Shown here: positions 47,941-57,301 of the stretch, piece after piece
How the letters are laid out: each line of letters opens with the position of its first letter
How positions within the stretch are numbered: position 1 is the stretch's first letter
Source of the DNA: Trichormus sp. ATA11-4-KO1
GTDB lineage: Bacteria > Cyanobacteriota > Cyanobacteriia > Cyanobacteriales > Nostocaceae
Assembly: GCA_019358915.1 (NCBI GenBank)
Contig: JAHHIM010000073.1
Span: 32,001 to 96,000, forward strand
Length of the DNA: 64,000 nucleotides
Direction: 5' to 3'
Position numbers and translations under genes: made by a program
Notes under the pieces: model-generated
What the model was told of the DNA's origin: nothing
Databases searched by the model: none
Seen by the model: only the letters and a program-made list of their open reading frames with translations

Positions 47941-48132
47941 ATGAACACAACAAAACTGCAAATGTTACAAAACCTGTATGACCAAGATTTTTATGCTTGG
48001 GTAGAACAAACAACAGAAATTTTAAAATCACAGCACTGGAACAAGCTGGATTTAGAACACTTAATTGAGGAAGTGATAGATTTGGGTAAGAGTCAACAAA
48101 GGGCTTTACAGACTGCATTGCGATTGGTTTAA
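47941..48132 (+). pseudogene. Truncated DUF29 family gene
   Basis: LYDQDFYAW.EQT..LK....LD.EHLIEEV.DLGKSQ is the DUF29 N-terminus; stops after 63 aa. Confidence 0.8.
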
Positions 48133-48257
48133 ACCGAATAATAGCTTAAATGTAATGGGTATAAATTTGGTATAATCTGGATATGCCAACGACTTGAAAA
48201 GCCAGTTGTAGAAACTGCTGTAAGTTTGTTACCTGATTATCAAGACATGTACTTGTA

Positions 48258-48668
48258 ATGCCAATAGTACCATTTGAATTTCTCATTGCCAGACGGCCTG
48301 TTTCGCTACAGGCAAAGAACAAAAAAAACCTTCAGGCATGGAAGAATTTTGTGCGTTCTGAAGCCCAAAAGATTTGGCAGGATGGTATTCCAATTCAAGA
48401 TACTCATGTACAGTTAACGCTAATTTATCTTTGTGATGATTATCCACCTGATATCGATAATATCATCAAACCTATTCAAGATGCACTTGTAAACTTAGTT
48501 TTTGCAGATGATATTTTAGTATCAGATGTAGATAGTCATCGTCGGTTTATGTCTGACCCGATTGATATTATAAACCTACCTTTATTATTACAACACGGTA
48601 TCTTTCTCGGTAAAGAGTGTGTTTATATAAAAGTAAGTCAATCTCAATCTTTGGAAAAGTACTTATGA
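48258..48668 (+). CDS. RusA-family endonuclease
   Basis: PVS.Q..., catalytic PDIDNIIKPIQDAL..LVFADD..V (DxDNxxK...D..DD). Confidence 0.85.
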   Translation: MPIVPFEFLIARRPVSLQAKNKKNLQAWKNFVRSEAQKIWQDGIPIQDTHVQLTLIYLCDDYPPDIDNIIKPIQDALVNLVFADDILVSDVDSHRRFMSDPIDIINLPLLLQHGIFLGKECVYIKVSQSQSLEKYL

Positions 48669-49660
48669 TTAGCAATCCTCAAAATTTAAATGATGATAAA
48701 GTCAAATTTCTAGCAGATAAGTATGTTAGTGAAGGATTTCACATTTTGGATAAATTACCCTTCGATTTGGGTAACTATCAGCCAGATATAATTGCTACTA
48801 AAGATGACATAAGTCTAGTCATTGAAGTAAGAACCAGTCTCAGCCGAGTTTCAGTTGATAGTTTACAAGCTATAGCAGAGGAAGTCAGTACACATCCAGG
48901 CTGGCGTTTTTTATTGGTAACACTTGAAGATATTGAAGCTAAACCTTTACCTGGAACATCCGAAAACCTTCCTTCGTGGCAAGAGCTAAATTACCGATTT
49001 GTCCAAGCTCATAGACTGATTAAAAATCAGGAAATTGAGCCTGCCTTTCTTTTTATGTGGAGTATTCTTGAGGGTGCTTTAAGAAAGCGAGCAGTTGACG
49101 TATCTATTCCTGTTGAACGTTTCCCAGTTTTAGGCTTACTAAAGCATATGTACTCTTTGGGAGAATTATCCATCTCTCAATTTGACTTTGTTAAAGCTTG
49201 TTTGCAAATTCGGAATTCCCTGGCTCACGGATATATTGAAAAACTCAATTTGCAAGTTTTACTTCAATTTGAAAATTTAGTTAGTCAATTGTTGGCAGAA
49301 TGGACAACTGACACATCCATAAGCCAAAAAATAGCGAAGATGATGGAACCCGCGAAAAAAGATTATCAGATTTACCTAGAAATAGTTACTTCTGAGTTAG
49401 AGAAAACAGAAAAAAAGGATGAAATACTGGCAAATATTAAGAAGCGTTGTCAACAAGAAGGACTAACAAATTCTTTCAATGAGCTTCAGCATTTAGCTGA
49501 TGAATCTGATCCAGTAGTTGAACCTGCTCCGCAGTCACCAGATTTTGATTTTATCAATCATAGTTTCATTGGGATGTGGAGCGATCGCCAAAATTTAACT
49601 GATAGCACTGCTTGGGTGCGTGGTATTCGAGAAAATGAGTGGTCAAAGTTGCATGACTAA
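48665..49660 (+). CDS. PD-(D/E)xK (AHJR-like REase) + HEPN-like domain + antitoxin-like C-terminal tail
   Basis: Y..EGF, YQPDIIA...VIEVR; ..W..LEGALRK...RNSLAHG (RX4H); tail FIGMWSDRQ..DSTAWVR..RENEW. ATGA overlap with the RusA gene. Confidence 0.7.
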   Translation: MISNPQNLNDDKVKFLADKYVSEGFHILDKLPFDLGNYQPDIIATKDDISLVIEVRTSLSRVSVDSLQAIAEEVSTHPGWRFLLVTLEDIEAKPLPGTSENLPSWQELNYRFVQAHRLIKNQEIEPAFLFMWSILEGALRKRAVDVSIPVERFPVLGLLKHMYSLGELSISQFDFVKACLQIRNSLAHGYIEKLNLQVLLQFENLVSQLLAEWTTDTSISQKIAKMMEPAKKDYQIYLEIVTSELEKTEKKDEILANIKKRCQQEGLTNSFNELQHLADESDPVVEPAPQSPDFDFINHSFIGMWSDRQNLTDSTAWVRGIRENEWSKLHD

Positions 49661-50042
49661 CTCGACCATTATTGACACTGATATTCTCATTGATGTTAGT
49701 CGCGGTGTTCTCGAAGCAAGAAACTGTTTGCAAAATCTGAAAGCTAGTTCTGGCTTAGCAATTAGCATAGTCACACAGATGGAACTGATGGTTGGTTGTG
49801 CTAACAAGGCAGAACTACAAACACTAGAAAGTTTCCTGAAGTATTTTGACATCATTAAGATTGACCAAGCTGTGTCAGACAAAGCAGTAAATTTATTGCG
49901 GTCTTATCGGCTTAGTCACGGGTTGCTGATTGCGGATAGTCTGATTGCAGCTACAGCAATTGTCTGGAATTACCCGTTGATCACAAAAAATCAAAATGAT
50001 TACAGGTTTATTGAAAATTTAAACCTATTGCCATATTCATAA
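49653..50042 (+). CDS. VapC/PIN-domain toxin
   Basis: IIDTDILID, TQMEL, ADSLIAATA and LITKN..DY. Start overlaps the upstream stop. Confidence 0.9.
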   Translation: MTNSTIIDTDILIDVSRGVLEARNCLQNLKASSGLAISIVTQMELMVGCANKAELQTLESFLKYFDIIKIDQAVSDKAVNLLRSYRLSHGLLIADSLIAATAIVWNYPLITKNQNDYRFIENLNLLPYS

Positions 50043-50055
50043 CAACACTAAAAAT

Positions 50056-50550
50056 ATGGAATTATATTTAATTCGTCATGGTATCGCCGAAGAGAGACAA
50101 CCAGACATCCAAGATGAAGAGCGATCGCTCACTCAAGAAGGACGACAAAAAACACAGAAAGTCGCCCAGAGAATTAAACAACTGGGTTTACAGTTTGATG
50201 TGATTGTCACTAGTCCTTTAGTACGGGCATACCAAACAGCAGAAATTTTGGTAGCAACTCAACTAAGTACCCAATTGGAGGAATCTGCTCATCTTGCCCC
50301 TAATGGTCATATTTCTAGTTGGCTAGATTATTGGTTAGAACCCAAAAATTATCCACAAAAAACCCAAATTGCCCTGGTAGGACATGAACCTTGTTTGAGC
50401 CATTGGGCAGAAAATCTGCTTTGGGGAGAGGTCAAAGACAGTTTAGTCTTGAAAAAAGCAGGTATGATCGGGATAAAACTACCAGAAATAGGTACTCCCA
50501 TAGGCCGTAGTCAAATGTTTTGGTTGACACCGCCCAAGTACCTGCTATAA
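50056..50550 (+). CDS. sixA: Phosphohistidine phosphatase
   Basis: LIRHG.AE, D..R.LT..G, SPLVRA.QTA and LVGHEP motifs. Confidence 0.95.
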   Translation: MELYLIRHGIAEERQPDIQDEERSLTQEGRQKTQKVAQRIKQLGLQFDVIVTSPLVRAYQTAEILVATQLSTQLEESAHLAPNGHISSWLDYWLEPKNYPQKTQIALVGHEPCLSHWAENLLWGEVKDSLVLKKAGMIGIKLPEIGTPIGRSQMFWLTPPKYLL

Positions 50551-50686
50551 CGGTTTTTCAACTCTTCTCAAAAAATTGTTGTTAGATCGGCTACTGTTAT
50601 GGCGACAATAATTTCTGGTAAGTTAGCGTGTTCGCGGAGCGTGTGCTTTGCACAATCAGATATTTCAAAAAGCAGATGGTGTTGCC

Positions 50687-51823
50687 ATGATGGTGTGCGA
50701 ATACAAGCCTGGTTTAGAAGGTATTCCCGCCGCCCAATCTAGTATCAGTCATGTTGATGGGCAAAAGGGAATTCTAGAATATCGTGGCATCCGGATTGAG
50801 GAATTAGCAGAAAAAAGTACATTTCTAGAAACTGCTTACCTCTTGATCTGGGGTGAACTGCCAAATCAGGAAGAATTGGCAGCTTTTGAGCATGAAATCC
50901 GCTATCACAGGCGGATAAAATACCGCATTCGGGACATGATGAAATGCTTTCCGGAAAGCGGTCACCCAATGGATGCGCTGCAAGCCTCAGCTGCTGCTTT
51001 AGGCTTGTTTTATTCGCGCCGGGACTTACACAATCCTGCCTACATTCGGGATGCTGTAGTGCGCTTGTTAGCAACCATTCCCACAATGGTAGCGGCATTC
51101 CAATTAATGCGAAAAGGCAATGACCCCGTAAAGCCCCGTGATGACTTAGACTACGCCGCTAACTTTCTCTACATGCTCAACGAGAAAGAACCAGACCCTC
51201 TAGCGGCGAAAATTTTTGACATCTGCTTGATTCTTCATGTGGAGCATACAATGAATGCTTCCACCTTTAGTGCTAGGGTAACGGCTTCAACCTTGACTGA
51301 CCCCTATGCTGTAGTTGCTAGTGCAGTGGGAACCTTAGGAGGGCCACTACATGGTGGAGCTAACGAAGAAGTCATTCAGATGTTGGAAGAAATTGGCTCT
51401 GTAGAAAATGTGCGTTCCTATGTAGAGGATCTTCTGCAACGCAAAGCGAAGATCATGGGCTTTGGACATCGTGTCTACAAAGTCAAAGATCCACGAGCCA
51501 CGGTTTTACAAAACCTTGCAGAACAGTTGTTTGCCAAGTTTGGGCATGACCAATACTATGACATTGCCCAAGAAATGGAACGGGTAGTCGAAGAAAAACT
51601 CGCAGGCAAAGGGATTTATCCCAATGTTGACTTTTATTCGGGTTTGGTGTACAGAAAAATGGGAATTCCCACAGACTTATTTACACCAATTTTTGCGATC
51701 GCCCGTGTTGCTGGTTGGCTAGCTCACTGGAAAGAACAACTGGCAGAAAACCGGATCTTCCGACCAACCCAGATTTATAACGGTAAACACGAGGTTCCTT
51801 ATATCCCCATTGATCTACGTTAA
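50687..51823 (+). CDS. gltA: Citrate synthase
   Basis: GLEG, EHTMNASTF, GPLHGGANE, MGFGHRVYK..DPR and YPNVDFYSG motifs. Confidence 0.98.
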   Translation: MMVCEYKPGLEGIPAAQSSISHVDGQKGILEYRGIRIEELAEKSTFLETAYLLIWGELPNQEELAAFEHEIRYHRRIKYRIRDMMKCFPESGHPMDALQASAAALGLFYSRRDLHNPAYIRDAVVRLLATIPTMVAAFQLMRKGNDPVKPRDDLDYAANFLYMLNEKEPDPLAAKIFDICLILHVEHTMNASTFSARVTASTLTDPYAVVASAVGTLGGPLHGGANEEVIQMLEEIGSVENVRSYVEDLLQRKAKIMGFGHRVYKVKDPRATVLQNLAEQLFAKFGHDQYYDIAQEMERVVEEKLAGKGIYPNVDFYSGLVYRKMGIPTDLFTPIFAIARVAGWLAHWKEQLAENRIFRPTQIYNGKHEVPYIPIDLR

Positions 51824-52088
51824 TTGGCAGATTGCTTGTTAATCAGACTAGACCCAACCATGAGGTAGGAAACCGTTGCCACAATGGAGGCGGGAGTTTT
51901 GTGATGCCTTAGTGGGGAGAGTAGGGAATGGGGGACAAGGGGACAAGAAAAATTATTTCTACCTTTCTATCTCCCCATTTCCGACTCCCAAAAAAAGCTA
52001 ATCCTAACCATAAGTAGAAGTTCTTGTATAGCTTCAAGGGACAAAAACCATCCAACGATATACTAGGCATGGGAATTGGCAAAAATCT

Positions 52089-52110
52089 ATGGCTACGCCG
52101 CGCAAGCTAT
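52089..52110 (+). repeat. 22-nt small dispersed repeat, copy 1
   Basis: ATGGCTACGCCGCGCAAGCTAT; related copies at 53429-53450 and 54810-54831. Confidence 0.7.
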
Positions 52111-52208
52111 CAATCAGGCATCTTCATCAAAGCATAAAGGATGAAGGATGAAGGCTGAAATTTGATACTTCATAACTTCATACTTCAGTTGACTTAGAGA
52201 GCGGAAAC

Positions 52209-53327
52209 ATGAATTCAGGAATTGACCTCCAAGGAACGTTTATTAAATCCGTCATGGATTTAGGGATACCAGCAGGGACAGCCAAAGCCATTTGGATGCC
52301 CTTGCCAATGATACTAATGCTGATTGGAGCAACAGTGGGGGTGTTGGTCTGTGTTTGGCTAGAACGAAAGATTTCGGCAGCCGCACAGCAGCGAATTGGG
52401 CCTGAATATATTGGACCTTTTGGCTTACTGGCTCCGGTAGCGGATGGGGTGAAGCTGGTATTTAAGGAAGACATCGTACCAGCCAAGGCTGACCCCTGGC
52501 TATTTACCTTAGGCCCCATCTTGGTGGTACTTCCAGTCTTTCTGTCCTATTTAATTGTTCCTTTTGGACAGAATATCGTCATTACCAATGTGGGAATGGG
52601 AATTTTCTTGTGGATTGCCTTCTCTAGCATTGCCCCCATTGGGTTATTAATGGCTGGCTACGCATCAAATAATAAGTATTCCTTATTAGGAGGCTTGCGG
52701 GCAGCAGCCCAGTCAATTAGTTACGAAATTCCTCTGTCGTTGAGCGTGCTAGCAGTCGTGATGATGTCTAACAGCCTCAGTACTGTTGACATTGTGAACC
52801 AGCAATCAGGCTATGGCATCCTCGGCTGGAATATTTGGCGGCAACCAGTAGGGTTCGTAATTTTTTGGATAGCAGCCCTGGCTGAATGCGAACGCTTACC
52901 CTTTGACTTACCCGAAGCAGAAGAGGAAATCGTAGCTGGTTATCAGACCGAATACTCTGGTATGAAATTCGCTCTGTTTTATCTCAGTTCCTATGTCAAC
53001 CTAGTGCTTTCTGCTTTACTAGTAGCAGTTTTATACCTGGGTGGTTGGGACTTTCCCATTCCCGTTAGTCTGATAGCGAGTTGGTTGGGAATTAGTGAAT
53101 TCAATCCCGTGTTGCAGGTAGCAACTGCTTCTTTGGGTATCGTGATGACCCTATTCAAAGCCTACTTACTAGTATTTATCGCCATCTTGTTGCGTTGGAC
53201 AGTACCACGGGTGCGGATTGACCAATTGTTAGATTTAGGATGGAAGTTTTTGTTACCAGTGGCTTTGGTTAATCTCCTATTAACCGCAGCGCTCAAACTT
53301 GCTTTTCCCGTCGCCTTCGGTGGATAA
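52209..53327 (+). CDS. ndhA: NDH-1 subunit A (NuoH)
   Basis: [36 protein letters not shown] and PRVRIDQL motifs. Confidence 0.98.
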   Translation: MNSGIDLQGTFIKSVMDLGIPAGTAKAIWMPLPMILMLIGATVGVLVCVWLERKISAAAQQRIGPEYIGPFGLLAPVADGVKLVFKEDIVPAKADPWLFTLGPILVVLPVFLSYLIVPFGQNIVITNVGMGIFLWIAFSSIAPIGLLMAGYASNNKYSLLGGLRAAAQSISYEIPLSLSVLAVVMMSNSLSTVDIVNQQSGYGILGWNIWRQPVGFVIFWIAALAECERLPFDLPEAEEEIVAGYQTEYSGMKFALFYLSSYVNLVLSALLVAVLYLGGWDFPIPVSLIASWLGISEFNPVLQVATASLGIVMTLFKAYLLVFIAILLRWTVPRVRIDQLLDLGWKFLLPVALVNLLLTAALKLAFPVAFGG

Positions 53328-53491
53328 ACCCATTTTAGATTTTAGACTTTGAATCGAGTCTGAAATCTAAAATCCATAATTCGTCTTGACAAGTTTGCTA
53401 GGTTGGGCTGAACCTCCTAATAACTTCAATGGCTGCACTACGCCAGCTATGGCAAAATTTCCAATTAAAAAGAGAGAGAAACACACTACAA

Positions 53492-54094
53492 ATGCTAAAG
53501 TTCCTGAAGCAAGTTGGCGATTACGCCAAGGAAGCAGTACAAGCCGGTCGTTATATTGGTGAAGGGTTATCTGTAACTTTTGACCACATGCGGCGGCGTC
53601 CAGTTACCGTACAGTACCCTTACGAAAAACTGATTCCTGGCGAACGGTTTCGCGGTAGGATTCATTTTGAGTTTGATAAATGTATATCTTGCGAAGTCTG
53701 TGTGCGGGTTTGTCCCATCAACCTACCTGTTGTGGATTGGGAATTTGAGAAAGCCAACAAAAAGAAAAAGCTCAAGCACTACAGCATTGACTTTGGAGTT
53801 TGTATCTTCTGTGGTAACTGTGTAGAATATTGCCCAACTAACTGTTTGTCAATGACAGAAGAATATGAGCTATCCACCTACGATCGCCATGAATTGAATT
53901 ATGATAACGTGGCACTTGGCCGTCTGCCTGATAAAGTTACAAATGACCCAATGGTAACGCCACTGCGTGAACTAGTTTACCTGCCCAAAGGTGTCATGGA
54001 ACCTCACGACCTACCTGCCGATGCTCCTCGCGCTGGTTCGCGTCCAGAAGACCTTGTGGAACAAAACAGTGAGCAATCAACAGTTAACAGTTAA
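53492..54094 (+). CDS. ndhI: NDH-1 subunit I
   Basis: [20 protein letters not shown] and [12 protein letters not shown]. Start at ATG 53492. Confidence 0.97.
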   Translation: MLKFLKQVGDYAKEAVQAGRYIGEGLSVTFDHMRRRPVTVQYPYEKLIPGERFRGRIHFEFDKCISCEVCVRVCPINLPVVDWEFEKANKKKKLKHYSIDFGVCIFCGNCVEYCPTNCLSMTEEYELSTYDRHELNYDNVALGRLPDKVTNDPMVTPLRELVYLPKGVMEPHDLPADAPRAGSRPEDLVEQNSEQSTVNS

Positions 54095-54155
54095 CCAAAC
54101 TAATAACTGAAAAACTGAAAACTAATAACTGACAATTGACTAAGGACAAAAAACA

Positions 54156-54770
54156 GTGAATTTAGCAGAAGGAGTACAGTTTGTTTCGTTTGGCATACTG
54201 GGTGTGATGATGATTGGTGCAGCCCTAGGGGTAGTGCTGTTTTCTAACATTGTCTATTCTGCCTTTATGCTCGGCGGTGTGTTTATCAGCATGGCGGGTC
54301 TCTATCTGTTGCTGAATGGTGACTTTGTCGCAGCAGCACAGGTGCTAATTTATGTTGGGGCGGTTAACGTGCTGATTTTGTTTGCCATTATGTTGGTGAA
54401 CAAGCGGCAAGATTTTGCTCCGTTGCCCAGCGCTTGGTTGCGAAAAATACTTACAGGGGTAGTCAGTTTAGGATTGTTTGCCCTGTTGAGTACAATGGTT
54501 TTGGCAACTCCTTGGGCATACTCAACAACTGCTCCTGTAGTTGCAGAAAGTTCGATAGTTTTGATTGGTGAGCATTTCTTCACTGACTTTTTACTACCTT
54601 TTGAACTGGCTTCGGTTTTGTTGTTAATGGCGATGGTAGGAGCGATAATTTTGGCACGTCGCGAGTATTTACCTGCACAACCGACACCATCAGAACTGCA
54701 ACAAACTGTTTTGACTTTGCCAGAACGCCCCAGAGATTTGGTATCAGCAGGTAGCGAAACCAAAGAGTAA
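54156..54770 (+). CDS. ndhG: NDH-1 subunit G (NuoJ)
   Basis: AQVLIYVGAVNVLILFAIML and LPFELASVLLL motifs. Confidence 0.97.
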   Translation: MNLAEGVQFVSFGILGVMMIGAALGVVLFSNIVYSAFMLGGVFISMAGLYLLLNGDFVAAAQVLIYVGAVNVLILFAIMLVNKRQDFAPLPSAWLRKILTGVVSLGLFALLSTMVLATPWAYSTTAPVVAESSIVLIGEHFFTDFLLPFELASVLLLMAMVGAIILARREYLPAQPTPSELQQTVLTLPERPRDLVSAGSETKE

Positions 54771-54851
54771 GGTTAGCGATCTAGTTCACAGCTAAAAAGC
54801 CAGGTTTTTATGGCTACGCCACGCCAGCTATTAGAAGGAATACGATCATCC

Positions 54852-55157
54852 ATGCAACTCCAGTACTTTTTATTACTAGCAGCAGCTTTGTTCTGTATCG
54901 GCATTTATGGCTTAATTACCAGTCGTAACGCTGTACGGGTGTTGATGTCAATTGAGTTACTGCTCAATGCTGTTAATCTGAATTTAATGGCATTTTCCAA
55001 CTTTCTCGATTCAACTTTAATTAAGGGCCAGGTATTCACCGTGTTTGTGATTACCGTGGCAGCTGCTGAAGCGGCGGTAGGATTAGCGATCGTGCTTGCC
55101 ATTTATCGCAACCGTGAAACCGTCGATATGGAGCAGTTTAATCTCCTGAAGTGGTAA
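54852..55157 (+). CDS. ndhE: NDH-1 subunit E (NuoK)
   Basis: [27 protein letters not shown] and NLLKW motifs. Confidence 0.97.
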   Translation: MQLQYFLLLAAALFCIGIYGLITSRNAVRVLMSIELLLNAVNLNLMAFSNFLDSTLIKGQVFTVFVITVAAAEAAVGLAIVLAIYRNRETVDMEQFNLLKW

Positions 55158-55163
55158 TTGTGC

Positions 55164-56084
55164 GTGCAACTCAAGCAGGTAATCATTGCTTATAAAGCAC
55201 GAGATTCTCAGAGTAAACGCTGGGCAGAACTCTGTGCTAAACAACTAGAAAATCGCCAATGTCAGGTGTTGATGGGGCCTAGTGGGCCAAAAGATAATCC
55301 TTATCCCGTCTTTTTGGCTTCGGCTGGTCAACCAATCGATTTGGCTTTGGTACTCGGTGGTGATGGCACTGTCTTAACTAGTGCCAGACATTTAGCCCCA
55401 GCTGGTATACCCATTTTGGGAGTAAATGTAGGCGGTCATCTGGGCTTTTTAACCGAGTCAGTAGATGAATTTCAAGATACGGAGCAAGTTTGGGATCGGC
55501 TATTTGAAGATCGCTATGCTATCCAGAGGCGGATGATGTTACAAGCGGCAGTGTATGAGGGTCATCGCACAAATTTGGAACCTGTGACTGAGCGCTACCT
55601 CGCTTTGAATGAATTTTGTGTCAAACCCGCTTCCGCAGACCGCATGATCACCTCAATTTTGGAAATGGAAATTGATGGTGAGGTAGTTGACCAATATGTG
55701 GGAGATGGTTTGATTATTTCCACTCCCACCGGTTCTACCGGTTATACAGTTTCTGCTAATGGCCCCATTATGCACGATGGTATGGAGGCGATTACCATCA
55801 CTCCTATTTGCCCCATGAGTCTTTCTAGTCGCCCTTTAGTCTTACCTCCTGGTTCTGTGGTCAGCATCTGGCCTTTGGGAGACTATGATTTAAGTACCAA
55901 ACTGTGGATGGATGGGGTATTATCTACGTCAATTTGGCCAGGACATCGCGTTGATGTGCGGATGGCTGATTGTCGAGCTAAGTTTATTATTTTACGAGAG
56001 AACAATTCATACTATCAGACGCTGCGAGAGAAGTTGCTTTGGGCAGGCACGAGGGTTCGCTACAGTAATAATCACCGTAATTGA
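55164..56084 (+). CDS. nadK: NAD(+) kinase
   Basis: GGDGT, GHLGFL, ALNE and GDGLIISTPTGSTGY..SA.GP. GTG start inferred. Confidence 0.95.
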   Translation: MQLKQVIIAYKARDSQSKRWAELCAKQLENRQCQVLMGPSGPKDNPYPVFLASAGQPIDLALVLGGDGTVLTSARHLAPAGIPILGVNVGGHLGFLTESVDEFQDTEQVWDRLFEDRYAIQRRMMLQAAVYEGHRTNLEPVTERYLALNEFCVKPASADRMITSILEMEIDGEVVDQYVGDGLIISTPTGSTGYTVSANGPIMHDGMEAITITPICPMSLSSRPLVLPPGSVVSIWPLGDYDLSTKLWMDGVLSTSIWPGHRVDVRMADCRAKFIILRENNSYYQTLREKLLWAGTRVRYSNNHRN

Positions 56085-56151
56085 TAGACCAAGTGTCTGG
56101 CGATGTCAGTTCGCTTCTAGTGCAAGTTGTCTGTGAATACAATACTGTGCC

Positions 56152-56180
56152 AGCCCCCGCATAAATCCGGGGGCTTTCTC
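56152..56180 (+). terminator. Putative terminator of the ndh-nadK operon
   Basis: AGCCCCCG/CGGGGGCT stem followed by TTCTC. Confidence 0.6.
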
Positions 56181-56506
56181 CCTGATTCTGAGTTTCTTAG
56201 CTGACTAAAATTGACATAAAAATTAATATATCGATGAAAAAATTTGTATCTTATTGCCAGTTTTTTCTAGCGGTCAAGGTCATAATAAAAGCACTTAAGG
56301 CAAACTTTAATAAATAACGCTTGAGCATGTTAATTCATAAAATAGTCTATTTACATAGCAGGTAAAACTTATACCAATTTGGATGTTAGTTGCATAATTT
56401 AGAAATATTTATTCCTCACTCCCTACTCTCCCCAAAGTTAGAGTTACGCTAAGATGCGCCGATTGGTATTTGTAGGATATTTTCACACATCTAAGTTGGA
56501 AGACAG

Positions 56507-57283
56507 ATGGAAATTTCTGAACGCAACATCAATTACTCAGTTAGTTCTGCTTCCGCTTTTACAGATTTTCCAGTTCTGCAAACCGACAACTATATCCTAC
56601 AACTTGCGTCGACTGAAGAAGAATTAAAATCTATTTTCCGCTTGCGATTTGAAGTTTTTAATCTGGAACTAGGTTTAGGATTATCTACTTCGAGTCTTAC
56701 TCAAATGGATCAAGATCAATTTGATACGGTTTGTCATCATTTAATGCTCATTTCTAAACATACTGGTAATACAATTGGAACCTATCGGATGCAAACCTAT
56801 AAAATGGCATCTCAAGGGTTGGGTTTTGATGCGGCTGATGTATTTAATCTTAGTACAATTCCTCATTCCATCCTACAAGCATCTGTAGAGGTTGGACGTG
56901 CATGTATAGCGAAAGAATTTCGGAATACTCAGGCACTTTTAATGCTCTGGCAAGGACTAGCAAATTATCTCATCTGGGGCAAAAACAAATATTTTTTCGG
57001 TTGTGCATCTTTACTCACACAATGTTCTGAGCAAGCTACTCGTGCTTATCATCATTTTCGGCAGAATAACTTCATGCATCCAAGTATTTTAGTTCATCCA
57101 AATTTCAAATATTCTTTGAATATACCACAAGAATCTCAGGAAAAATGTGAAGTCAAAATTCCCAAAATTTTGCAGGCGTATCTAAATATTGGAGTCAAGA
57201 TATGCAGTCTGCCAGCCATTGATCGACAGTTTAAAACTATTGATTTTTTAATCATATCTAACATCGAAAACTTTATTAATTAA
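56507..57283 (+). CDS. GNAT Acetyltransf_5 / OlsB-like N-acyltransferase
   Basis: RLRFEVF..E, D.D.FD..C.HL, GTYR, EVGRAC, FGCAS, P.IL..YL..G.K.C..PAID..F...DF. Confidence 0.85.
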   Translation: MEISERNINYSVSSASAFTDFPVLQTDNYILQLASTEEELKSIFRLRFEVFNLELGLGLSTSSLTQMDQDQFDTVCHHLMLISKHTGNTIGTYRMQTYKMASQGLGFDAADVFNLSTIPHSILQASVEVGRACIAKEFRNTQALLMLWQGLANYLIWGKNKYFFGCASLLTQCSEQATRAYHHFRQNNFMHPSILVHPNFKYSLNIPQESQEKCEVKIPKILQAYLNIGVKICSLPAIDRQFKTIDFLIISNIENFIN

Positions 57284-57301
57284 ATAGTTTTTTTCTAAGC
57301 T

